Shown here: positions 1 through 8,621 of the stretch, in pieces
Position numbering within the stretch: the stretch's first letter is position 1
How the letters are laid out: every line of letters begins with the position of its first letter
Assembly: GCA_964583985.1 (NCBI GenBank)
Contig: CAZOYD010000047.1
Span: 1 to 27,548, forward strand
DNA length: 27,548 nt
Reading direction: 5' to 3'
Source of the DNA: an uncultured archaeon
Lineage (GTDB): Archaea; Asgardarchaeota; Lokiarchaeia; Sigyniarchaeales; SOKP01
Notes under the pieces: generated by a model
What the model saw: only the letters and a program-made list of their open reading frames with translations
The model's database searches: none
What the model was told of the DNA's origin: nothing
Translations under genes and position numbers: made by a program

Positions 1-276
1 ATAGTTTCTGAATATATCTTACCTTCAAGATCTTGCTCTGATCCAGAAAAAGAGTTTGAAATTTTTAGACCAACATGTAACATTCCTTTAGATTTTTCTA
101 ACGAAGGGACATTTATATCTCGTCCCTCGGGGGATCTTTCGATCAATGAAGAGCTTAACTTAATTTTTAAAAAGAGACATTTTACCATGTTACTTGGATA
201 TCCCTATGAAAATTTGGGTTGTGTCAAGTGCTTCGATACAAACGGTAATACTTTAGAGGTCGTATTGAAGGATTAA
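1..276 (+). CDS. 5'-truncated JAMM/MPN (Mov34) domain protein, apparently catalytically inactive (MPN-)
   Basis: Frame +1 is open from base 1 to TAA at 274-276 and is not in the ORF track. Translation: IVSEYILP...NIPLDFSNEGTFISRPSGDLSINEELNLIFKKRHFTMLLGYPYENLGCVKCFDTNGNTLEVVLKD*. This matches the archaeal JAMM C-terminal pattern (LP..x.GT.HSHPS....PS..DL..F.....H.I..YPY.....KCY...G..VE.EV) but lacks the His/His/Ser/Asp residues. Confidence 0.75.
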   Translation: MVSEYILPSRSCSDPEKEFEIFRPTCNIPLDFSNEGTFISRPSGDLSINEELNLIFKKRHFTMLLGYPYENLGCVKCFDTNGNTLEVVLKD

Positions 277-995
277 TTGTATCGGAGATTTTTTTTTATA
301 TGACGTAATGTATAAAAAGCAGCGGGTAAGAGCCAAATTTGTTGGGCAAATAACATTACCCATTCGAGGAATTGAAGAGTTATTGATGCAGGAGGGTTCA
401 AAAATAAAATTCCTGCTATAAATGGTCCAAAAATCATATAAAGTCCTAGGAAATGAGGACAAATTACCTTGTTAAGGAGAATGGCAATTCCAGAAAATAA
501 TGCTCCAAAGATCAATCCTGCAAATACAAAAAAGGAAAAAAAATAATGAAAGGAAGGAATGCTATCAATGCTAAAAATTCCAATTCCAAACAATCCAACT
601 GATCCTACAAGTAGAAAGAAGTAACCTAAAAAGGCACTAAGATCTATAAAGAAGTAATAAAATCTCTTCCATCTTTTCACTGTAGAATTGAAAATAATTT
701 CCTTAGTTCCTTCAATCAAAAATTTATTATTATAAAGATAAGCAGGTACTGTGAAGATAGCTCCAAATATTAAGATAAGATCAAATAAAAAGGGGACAGG
801 AGTATAAGCAATTGATCCAAGTTCACTAATATAATTAGCCCAAATATTATATCCTTGAGGTCCAAAAAAAGTTGCGATTAGGACGCAAAAGATCAAGCCT
901 GGAATAAATGTGATTAGGTTAATTATAATCGTAATTTTAACCATTTTCGGATTAGTGAGAGTTTTAGAAACACTTCTAATCATATAAGAATTCAT
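273..995 (-). CDS. DUF998/Frag1-DRAM-like multi-pass membrane protein
   Basis: 240 aa with about 6 hydrophobic segments, an NYISELG motif after TM1, G.FS followed by a conserved His (FHYFFS), and a late LEW. Its stop overlaps the convergent MPN gene stop within TTAA at 273-276. Confidence 0.65.
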   Translation of the reverse strand: MNSYMIRSVSKTLTNPKMVKITIIINLITFIPGLIFCVLIATFFGPQGYNIWANYISELGSIAYTPVPFLFDLILIFGAIFTVPAYLYNNKFLIEGTKEIIFNSTVKRWKRFYYFFIDLSAFLGYFFLLVGSVGLFGIGIFSIDSIPSFHYFFSFFVFAGLIFGALFSGIAILLNKVICPHFLGLYMIFGPFIAGILFLNPPASITLQFLEWVMLFAQQIWLLPAAFYTLRHIKKNLRYN

Positions 996-1034
996 ACTAC
1001 ATAATAAAAAAGAGAGAAAAAATTTAAATGAATA

Positions 1035-2282
1035 TTAATAATCTTTTTTGAGTTTTTGGAGTTTGGAAATTTTGTAGAAGTTTTCAATCATTCCCGCTAT
1101 AATTCCTATAGTAATGAGAATTATTACCCAGAAATATATGATATAAGCTAATGAGCTCGGATTTACGGTTATAGTAGAAATTAACCCTCCAGAAAATAAT
1201 GAAATCGGAAAAATTTCGGGTTGATTAAGTAGTAATAAGAATAATGGAATATACAGAATGTTGTAACCCGCTAGTACTGCAAGCATTATTTGTTGTCCAG
1301 TATGGTTCCTTATTCCCATTGCCAATCTAATTAAACTAATCAATCCACTAATAAAAATTAACAAGCCAAAAAGTTTTATCCAATTAAGAAAATCTGGATG
1401 GAAAAGCCCAGTTATATCGGCAAATGGTTGAAGGATGAGAAGTAAACCAAAAATTATTCCTCCAACAGCACCAAATACCAAGTCACCAACGGTGACGGGA
1501 TATTTCTTTTTAAGTCTCTGTTTTTCTCGTGCTTCAGCAACTTTTTGCTTTCGTAGCATTTTTGCTTCAGCTATTTTTTGTCTTCTTAACATTCGTGCTT
1601 CAGCGTGTTTTTCTTCTCGAATTAACTGAGCTTCAGCAAGTCTCTCATTAAAATGAGATTTGGCTTTTTCTAATTTTGTTTCTCTATTTAAATGGATTTC
1701 TTCTATTTTCATTTGGGTGTATCTTCGATTTTCTTCGATTTCCTCTTCAGTAAGATTGAAGGGAAATATAAGAGCAAGTCTTTTTGGAATAATTCCAAAA
1801 TCTTCTGGTAAGAAACCCTCCATTGAAAAATATACAAATACTATGGTAATAAACACCGCAGCAATTAGACATCCAACCCACATACCACCAAACATATCTC
1901 CTAATACATTCCACCAAGGCACGACGAAGAATCGGAAAATTGATACGACGATATTAATAAGGATAATAATTCCAAAGAAGAAGAAGAGACTTCTCAGATA
2001 AAATTCGAATAGTTCTTCAGTTAGGAAAAATTTGGGAGTACCACGCGATTTATAAGGTTTAGCTATGCTTTCGGGAGTTCCAAAGTTAAGAATTGCATCT
2101 CGAATATCCTTATCAGTTGGTGAATCTCCAGCTGCGATGATACGAGCTTCATTCATTATTTGAAGTTCTAAATCATCTATAATGCCCTTAACTTGATCCT
2201 CCTTCCATTTTAACCATTCAGGTAATTTTTTCTTTACTTGAGCAAGAAAATCGACAAGTAAAAGATTTTTTTTTTCACTCAT
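1035..2282 (-). CDS. Membrane protein with N-terminal HAAS-like domain and internal 11-residue helical repeat
   Basis: 415 aa. The N-terminus (FL..V...LP...I..DL...I....AI..FGTP..IA..Y) is typical of HAAS/DUF1700-like domains. It is followed by 2 TM, a charged helical linker and about 4 TM. Confidence 0.6.
   Translation of the reverse strand: MSEKKNLLLVDFLAQVKKKLPEWLKWKEDQVKGIIDDLELQIMNEARIIAAGDSPTDKDIRDAILNFGTPESIAKPYKSRGTPKFFLTEELFEFYLRSLFFFFGIIILINIVVSIFRFFVVPWWNVLGDMFGGMWVGCLIAAVFITIVFVYFSMEGFLPEDFGIIPKRLALIFPFNLTEEEIEENRRYTQMKIEEIHLNRETKLEKAKSHFNERLAEAQLIREEKHAEARMLRRQKIAEAKMLRKQKVAEAREKQRLKKKYPVTVGDLVFGAVGGIIFGLLLILQPFADITGLFHPDFLNWIKLFGLLIFISGLISLIRLAMGIRNHTGQQIMLAVLAGYNILYIPLFLLLLNQPEIFPISLFSGGLISTITVNPSSLAYIIYFWVIILITIGIIAGMIENFYKISKLQKLKKDY
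1531..1637. repeat. 33-bp period degenerate coding tandem repeat (GCTTCAGC x4), giving a hendecad AEA repeat
   Basis: GCTTCAGC starts at 1531, 1564, 1597 and 1630, exactly 33 nt apart. Protein: AEAQLIREEKH/AEARMLRRQKI/AEAKMLRKQKV/AEAREKQRLKK. Confidence 0.85.
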
Positions 2283-2353
2283 TTGAATCAGTTTTATTTT
2301 ATTTGTTTTTATTAAATTGTTTTTAAATAGAGATTATCCATAATCATTTATTA

Positions 2354-2374
2354 AAAAATTGGAGACCAATTTTT
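2354..2374. promoter_or_regulatory. Perfect inverted repeat (candidate operator) in a divergent intergenic region
   Basis: AAAAATTGG-aga-CCAATTTTT with 9-bp perfect arms and a 3-nt spacer, between the start codons at 2282(-) and 2439(+). Confidence 0.45.
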
Positions 2375-2438
2375 CGATTTAGGTTGTAAAATAGAAACAT
2401 TATATTAATCAATACTTCACTATATTGCAAAGATTATC

Positions 2439-3860
2439 ATGGATTCTATTGAAAAAGATAAAAGGAGATTTCGCCGGCAATATGGAATTCATATAACTTC
2501 AAAAGATCTATTTAAGGAATTCATTCTTCCTCACATAAAAGACAAATTAAATCAATATTTGTGGGTGGATTTATTTGCGGGGGAAGGTAATCTCATTTTA
2601 CCCATTTTGGAAGAATTTGATCAAGAGGATAGAATATCATTTTTCGAGGAACATGTATATCTTTTTGATATCCATCAAGAAATGGTTCAAAAATGCATTG
2701 ATAACGCTAGTTCTTACGGTATCCCTGACAATATAGCTCAGAATAATATTAAAGTAAGAGATAATCTAAAAAATTTTCCTAATTTTCTTAAAGATAAAAA
2801 ATATCCAATTTACCACATAACAAATCCCCCTTACTTATATCTTGGATACATAATGAAACATGAGGATACGAAGGAATTTTTGAAGTATTTTCAAGAACAA
2901 AATGAAGGATATCAGGATTTATATCAGATAGCGATGATGAATGATTTAAGAAATAATGTTCAAGATATTACCTATATTATTCCCTCAAATTTTCTCTTTG
3001 GGTCATCTGTATCTAATAAGTTTCGCTTAGATTTTTTGAAAGAGTACCAAATTATTAAAATGATAATTTTTGAAACTCAAGTATTTGAATTTACAGGAAC
3101 AAACATATGCTTGGGATTGTTTAGGAAAAAAAAGTTTCCTCTAACCAATGTACAAAATTTTACTGGAATTAAAATCAAAAAAAAAGACATTGTTTTAAAT
3201 CGTAAATTTAGTTTAAATCCTAAATATAAATATCGAGCGGGTTCTCAATTTGATGAATTTATAGAGTCTTTCAAAAGAGAAAACTCTCTTAAGGTCACCT
3301 TTTATTTAACAAAAGATAAAGTCAATCAGAATAACGGTCACTATCGAGTTGAAGTAATTGATGCAAATAATTATAAACATCATGAGTATCAAAGGTTGAA
3401 GCTTGATTTAAATAAAGAATTGATGAATAAAATCAAATCAAATATTTTATACGCGAAAACTGTTGATAGTGGTTCAGATGATGGAAGAGCAGGATTAGGT
3501 ATTATTCATGATGATTTCTATGTAAGTGGTATTTATGTATCAGGAAAAACATATCGAACACATCCCATTCAAATATTTCTATACCCACAAATTTCCATTT
3601 CTTATCAAAAATTACTCAAAGATTATTTTAATTCTTTATTGGAACATTTCAGATACACTTTAGATAGTGAATTTCTAACAACATATAAATATTCAAATGC
3701 TCATTACACGAGAAAATATCTGGGTTTAACTCAAGTAAGAGGTTTAATTCGAACATTTCCTTATGATTTGGATAGTACAAGTATAAATTCTCTTCAAGAA
3801 CTTGTTACCAAAAAAAAAATTGAAGATATCCTTAGATTTTTAAAAAGTGTCAAATCATAA
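2439..3860 (+). CDS. Solitary N6-adenine (amino) DNA methyltransferase, gamma-like motif order
   Basis: Motif I VDLFAGEGNL, motif IV ITNPPY, then DLYQI, YIIPSNFL and VFEFTGTNIC, followed by a C-terminal putative target-recognition region. Confidence 0.8.
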   Translation: MDSIEKDKRRFRRQYGIHITSKDLFKEFILPHIKDKLNQYLWVDLFAGEGNLILPILEEFDQEDRISFFEEHVYLFDIHQEMVQKCIDNASSYGIPDNIAQNNIKVRDNLKNFPNFLKDKKYPIYHITNPPYLYLGYIMKHEDTKEFLKYFQEQNEGYQDLYQIAMMNDLRNNVQDITYIIPSNFLFGSSVSNKFRLDFLKEYQIIKMIIFETQVFEFTGTNICLGLFRKKKFPLTNVQNFTGIKIKKKDIVLNRKFSLNPKYKYRAGSQFDEFIESFKRENSLKVTFYLTKDKVNQNNGHYRVEVIDANNYKHHEYQRLKLDLNKELMNKIKSNILYAKTVDSGSDDGRAGLGIIHDDFYVSGIYVSGKTYRTHPIQIFLYPQISISYQKLLKDYFNSLLEHFRYTLDSEFLTTYKYSNAHYTRKYLGLTQVRGLIRTFPYDLDSTSINSLQELVTKKKIEDILRFLKSVKS

Positions 3861-4727
3861 ACTTGCAAAAACAAAGGATAATAATCCTAGAAGTGCTCCT
3901 ATTTTTAATAATAAGCTTACACGTTTAAACTCGTTCCTTTGCATATTTTTTTTAATCATTAGATAAATTGAAAAAACCACGATTATAAATCCAGAACTCA
4001 TCATTATTAAAAATAGAAATGGATTTATAATATTTGTAAAGAGGGGTAATATGAAGAATATTAGAGCAAGCAGTAAAAAAATCATAGCCAAATTTGTTGC
4101 TTTTTTAGCCCCAATCCGAATAGCAAGTGTTTTCACTCCTTCCTTTTTATCTCCCTCAATATCCTCACATCCCTTAATTATCTCACGTGATAATAGTAGA
4201 AAAAACGCAGTTATAAAGTAGTAATAAATATAAATGGGGATCAATGAGCTATTTAGTAGTGCACCATAAATCATACCGATAGAAAATGAAATGCTAACGA
4301 TTATATTTCCTGGAAATCCACTTTTTTTGCCCCATTTTGCATAAACCCATCCTATGAATCCAAAAAATGCAGCTAAAATAATAATTATGTAATTTAAATT
4401 AAAGATCAAAACGTTAAAAAAACTAAATAGTAGACCAATTAATAAATACGTAAAAAATAACAATTTTGCTTGACTCAGACTAACAGATCCTCTTGGAATA
4501 GGTCGTTGTGGTCGATTTATTTTATCAATTTCATAATCGTAGAAATCATTAATTATCATTCCAGACCCTGCTAGGAATATATAAGTCAATGTTCCTAAAA
4601 TAATATTAGAAAAAAGTAAAGTTAATGAAATAGATGTTCTTGTATTTAGCAAACCGATTATAATAGTTAAAGCTCCCATCAAACAATTAACAGGTCTAAC
4701 TATTTCAATGGCATCCTTTATCTTCAA
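3855..4727 (-). CDS. Digeranylgeranylglyceryl phosphate synthase (UbiA prenyltransferase family)
   Basis: N-terminal RPVN, NDFYDYEIDKINRPQRPIPRG and REIIKGCEDIEGDKKEGVKTLA motifs; polytopic; directly downstream of GGGPS. Confidence 0.9.
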   Translation of the reverse strand: MKIKDAIEIVRPVNCLMGALTIIIGLLNTRTSISLTLLFSNIILGTLTYIFLAGSGMIINDFYDYEIDKINRPQRPIPRGSVSLSQAKLLFFTYLLIGLLFSFFNVLIFNLNYIIIILAAFFGFIGWVYAKWGKKSGFPGNIIVSISFSIGMIYGALLNSSLIPIYIYYYFITAFFLLLSREIIKGCEDIEGDKKEGVKTLAIRIGAKKATNLAMIFLLLALIFFILPLFTNIINPFLFLIMMSSGFIIVVFSIYLMIKKNMQRNEFKRVSLLLKIGALLGLLSFVFASL

Positions 4728-4748
4728 ATCTATTACACCAAGTGGTAA

Positions 4749-5567
4749 TTATTTTAAGCAGAAACTTTTCGGACATTCTTTTCCCGTTTTCTTTATTTCA
4801 TCAATGATAATTTTAAGCGAGTCACCATCATCTTTTAAAATGTTATTTTCCAAAAAAGTACCCATCACGATGATATCTGCGCCAGCTTTTACAAATTCTT
4901 TAGCTATTTCTTTTGAATTAACACCACCTCCAACAATGATGGGAATATTGACAAAATTCGAGCAGAGTTGAATTATATCAATAGGAATTCTTTCAGCTCC
5001 TGATCCAGCTTCTAAATAAATTATTTTATACCCAAGCATTTCTGCTGCTAATGAATATGCTGCTGTTAATTTTGGTTTATTTCTTGGAAGCAATCTCGCT
5101 TTTCCGATCCATCCAGCTGTAGCTCCAGGTTCGATAATCAAATAACCTGTTGAAATCGGTTCTAAATTAGCTCTTTTAACGGTATAAGAGGCAAGTGCTT
5201 GCTGACCAATTATGAAATAAGGATCTTCTGAATTTAATAGCGACATAAAAAGAATGGCATCCGCTTCTTTTGATACATTTGAGAACCCACCTGGAAAAAT
5301 AATTACAGGTACATCAACAACTTCCTTAATCGCAATGATGGTATCGTCTACAAATCTTTGATCGAAGACCGTGCTCCCCCCTATTAATATTGCATCCGTT
5401 CCCGCCTTTTCGGCATATTTTGCCATTTTAGCAGCTTTTTTTGCGCTTTGTTTAATAGGATCAGGATCGATTAAGGAAAAATGCAAGGCACCTTCCTTGT
5501 TTAGCTTATCTAAAATATACTTATATGTATTGAATTCAATAATTTTGTTTGACAAAACATTTACCAT
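4749..5567 (-). CDS. Geranylgeranylglyceryl phosphate synthase (group II GGGPS, PcrB-like TIM barrel)
   Basis: HFSLIDPD, GTDAILIGGST, IIFPG, ADAILFMSLLNS, YLEAGSG, VGGGV and GADIIVMGT. The AGWIG Trp is at the position of the hexamerization anchor of group II enzymes. Confidence 0.93.
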   Translation of the reverse strand: MVNVLSNKIIEFNTYKYILDKLNKEGALHFSLIDPDPIKQSAKKAAKMAKYAEKAGTDAILIGGSTVFDQRFVDDTIIAIKEVVDVPVIIFPGGFSNVSKEADAILFMSLLNSEDPYFIIGQQALASYTVKRANLEPISTGYLIIEPGATAGWIGKARLLPRNKPKLTAAYSLAAEMLGYKIIYLEAGSGAERIPIDIIQLCSNFVNIPIIVGGGVNSKEIAKEFVKAGADIIVMGTFLENNILKDDGDSLKIIIDEIKKTGKECPKSFCLK

Positions 5568-5586
5568 TTACTTCACTTGATTATAA

Positions 5587-6981
5587 TTAATTAACTCTTT
5601 TTGTATTTATTAACATTTTTTTTACCTTATTTTGAACTTCTATTACATTGTTCTTCCATCTTTCAAAATTATTCAAATCTAATGGAAATTTCTTATAAAT
5701 TGAAGATATCTCTCTCATCCTTATTCGAAGATAATTTAAATCTAATAACAAATCCGGTTTTGATATCCCTTTAATAAATTTTGAAGCCATATCAAAAAGA
5801 GATAAATTGAGCCCCCCAGTTGATGAAATTTCTAAAATTTCTTCACCTGATAATAACTCTTTTCCCAATCCAAAATTTAGTTCCTCATTATTAAAAACTT
5901 GAAGTACTTGTCTTAGCAAATCTAAGGAGGCAAAATCCGCTCCAAAATTCCTCATCACTTCTACGTTATATTTCCATAAAGACATAAGTGTATAATCTTG
6001 TCTTTCACACGCCTCAAACGCTACATTAGCAGCGAAATAACCTCCTCTCATTGATGGATCAATGCCTCCACCGTGTAAAGGATTGACTTGACATGCCGCA
6101 TCTCCTATAAACATTATTCCACCATCTGTACACGACCATAATGGCCGCCTAATCGGTACAACACCACCACCAGATGAGAGAATTTCATATTTTGAAGTTT
6201 TAATATAATTTCTGAACACGTTGTTTTGATAAAATTCCTTGACTTTACCTTTATAATCCATAAAAACTCCTAACCCAATATTGATCGAGAACTCATTTTT
6301 TGGAAAATACCAAATATAACCTCCAGGAGCTCTTTTTTTGTCCAAAATAATGGTTATGTATTCTGGATCTTGTACTTTATGTTCAGAGGGGGGAAATTTC
6401 ACTATTTCTCGATAACATAAAATACTATCTTCCTTTGGAATAACTTTTTCTACAATATCACTTTGAATGCTTTTTCTCAAGGGGGAATAAAATCCAGAAG
6501 CATCTATAACAATTTTTGCTCTTAATTCTTTTTTTTCTCCATTTTTTAATCTGACTCTTAGACCCGAAACTATCTTTTTTTGGTAAAGTAACTCTAAAGC
6601 GATGGTATTATCTAAAAATGATGTCACTCCCGCATTTAAAGCATCGTTCAGAAGACGTTGCCCAAATTCTAAACGATTAACAATATAACCCGCTTGGGTT
6701 GGGTCTAATAAATTTATACATTTTTCCATATTTGGGGAATATATTTTTGCTCCTTTAATATGGCAAGATAATTCTTCATTAGTTGGATGTTTGATGTTTA
6801 AAAAATCAAAAATCTCTGTACCTACAGCATCACCACAAATTTTATTCCCAATCTCATTTTTTATTTTCCGATCGATGAGACAAACCTCAAGACCTTTTTG
6901 AGTAGCGACTCGAGCAGCAGTACTCCCTCCAGTTCCGGCTCCGACTACAACTACGTCATATATCTTCTTTATGTCTTCCAT
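5587..6981 (-). CDS. Digeranylgeranylglycerophospholipid reductase (geranylgeranyl reductase, FAD)
   Basis: DVVVVGAGTGG FAD motif, KICGD, R.EF...L, the GGR signature PGGYIWYFP, and GDAA.QVNPLHGGGI; co-oriented immediately upstream of GGGPS. Confidence 0.88.
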   Translation of the reverse strand: MEDIKKIYDVVVVGAGTGGSTAARVATQKGLEVCLIDRKIKNEIGNKICGDAVGTEIFDFLNIKHPTNEELSCHIKGAKIYSPNMEKCINLLDPTQAGYIVNRLEFGQRLLNDALNAGVTSFLDNTIALELLYQKKIVSGLRVRLKNGEKKELRAKIVIDASGFYSPLRKSIQSDIVEKVIPKEDSILCYREIVKFPPSEHKVQDPEYITIILDKKRAPGGYIWYFPKNEFSINIGLGVFMDYKGKVKEFYQNNVFRNYIKTSKYEILSSGGGVVPIRRPLWSCTDGGIMFIGDAACQVNPLHGGGIDPSMRGGYFAANVAFEACERQDYTLMSLWKYNVEVMRNFGADFASLDLLRQVLQVFNNEELNFGLGKELLSGEEILEISSTGGLNLSLFDMASKFIKGISKPDLLLDLNYLRIRMREISSIYKKFPLDLNNFERWKNNVIEVQNKVKKMLINTKRVN

Positions 6982-7036
6982 TATAGCAAAGTATTTATAT
7001 CTTTTTTTGATTAAAAAAGGGTGAAAAATGATTTTA

Positions 7037-7789
7037 TTATATTAAAGTTAGTAAAAATATAATTATTGTCGTTAAAATTGGTACAGTCAAATCATCCCAT
7101 GTGCTCGGTGAGAACAATTCAATTAAAGTTGCTAAAGCACTTGCAATTAAGGAATACAATAGTGCGTCTAAAAAACTAATGTGCATTTGAGTAATGGGAT
7201 TGGTGACACCTAACAAAGTGAAAGCTATCATGCATAAAATATAACCACTAATAAAAAAAGCTAAAGAACCTTCCAGAGTCCTTATTCCTTTGATCCAAGG
7301 AATTTTTATATTATGCTTCCCATATCTTTTTCCAATAACTGATGCTAACGTATCGGAGATTATCATCAATAAAATCGCAGAAAGGGGAAAATACATTTGA
7401 GAAGGTGCAAAAATGACAAATATAAGCAGTAGAAATGTTATGGATATACAATAATGAAAAGGTCCTTGAAGATATCCAACATTTTCTTCAGCTTCTTCTC
7501 CTATGGTCTCGTACAATTCTTTTAATTGCTTTATTTTCGATTTTTTTGAACTCATAAATACTAACACAGTTAGAGAACCTGCAATCACTATTGCCCACCA
7601 AGGCCATTCAAAATAAGGTGTCGTAAAAACACTTAAGCCAGCAAAGAGGTGAACTCCTTTTCGAGCTTGGAACTTCGAGATCTTATCCTTTTTCTTAAGA
7701 TAAACGGGAATGAGAATTGTAGCGAAGACATAGATATAAGTCAATAATACTAATAGTAAATCAGATAATATACTCATAATAATCATCAA
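7037..7789 (-). CDS. CTP-dependent polyprenol/diacylglycerol kinase family membrane protein (phytol kinase/dolichol kinase/Dgk1-like)
   Basis: ARKGVHL, SDTLASVIGKRYG, RTLEGS and EL.SP..WDDLTVP motifs; about 7-8 TM. The start may instead be ATG at 7786 or 7777. Confidence 0.8.
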   Translation of the reverse strand: MMIIMSILSDLLLVLLTYIYVFATILIPVYLKKKDKISKFQARKGVHLFAGLSVFTTPYFEWPWWAIVIAGSLTVLVFMSSKKSKIKQLKELYETIGEEAEENVGYLQGPFHYCISITFLLLIFVIFAPSQMYFPLSAILLMIISDTLASVIGKRYGKHNIKIPWIKGIRTLEGSLAFFISGYILCMIAFTLLGVTNPITQMHISFLDALLYSLIASALATLIELFSPSTWDDLTVPILTTIIIFLLTLI

Positions 7790-8049
7790 TAAGGTTTTTT
7801 TTCATTATTAAACGGTAATTTTACAATTGCTATTAAACAATATCCCACTTAAAATAATATTAAATGTTAGAATAATAAAAATCATAAAAAGATAATTAAA
7901 AGAGTCATAATAGATTTTTTTTTTCCAAATTTATACTCAATTTTAAAACAAAAAAAGATCATATTGATAAACAAAATTGCATTTTTAAATAAAAGCACAA
8001 CGTAACTTTCAATATATAATATCAAAAAGAAAAGAGAGATGATTTTCGT

Positions 8050-8463
8050 ATGGTTGATGAAAAATTATTAAAAGAATTAAAAGAAATGAGAGAAAAGGGG
8101 ACAAGTAAGCCTTCTGATACCTTAAAAATGTATGAGTATGTCAAGCAAATTGCCGAAGAAGATGAAGATTTAAAAGAAGAACTTGAAGACATGGATGAAA
8201 CTAAAGTTCAATTGATTGTCACTGACGTCAAGTATAAATATTATATCATTTTAGGTGAAGGTAAATTTAATTACGCAGAAGGAGAAATTGATGATCCCAG
8301 TGTAACAATGTCAGCTACAGCTGCAACTTGGGCAGGGTTGGCAACTGGAGAACTTGATTCAACAAGCGCTTACATGTCCGGGGATTTAGTAATAGATGGA
8401 AATCTTCAAGATGCCATCGCATATGGCGAAATCTTGAGCATGGCAATGGAAAATATGGAATAA
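8050..8463 (+). CDS. SCP2 sterol/lipid-binding domain protein
   Basis: 137 aa, acidic. GEIDDPSVTMSAT..TW..L.TGELD...AYMSGDL.IDGNL..A is the SCP2 C-terminal signature. Confidence 0.85.
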   Translation: MVDEKLLKELKEMREKGTSKPSDTLKMYEYVKQIAEEDEDLKEELEDMDETKVQLIVTDVKYKYYIILGEGKFNYAEGEIDDPSVTMSATAATWAGLATGELDSTSAYMSGDLVIDGNLQDAIAYGEILSMAMENME

Positions 8464-8490
8464 GAACCACCTTACGTTACATTAACCACA

Positions 8491-8513
8491 TTTATTCATT
8501 TTTTTTTCGTTTT
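8491..8513 (+). terminator. Oligo-T archaeal-type terminator candidate
   Basis: T-rich tract (TTTATTCA followed by a long T run, then CGTTTT) about 30 nt after the SCP2 stop. Confidence 0.4.
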
Positions 8514-8621
8514 ATAGGTTCGCATTATTATGATTAAGTGCTATATTTCACTTCATATAAAAATTTATAATGACAATATAATTTAAAAGACTATCAAGAA
8601 TTAAAGATATAAAATTTTAGC

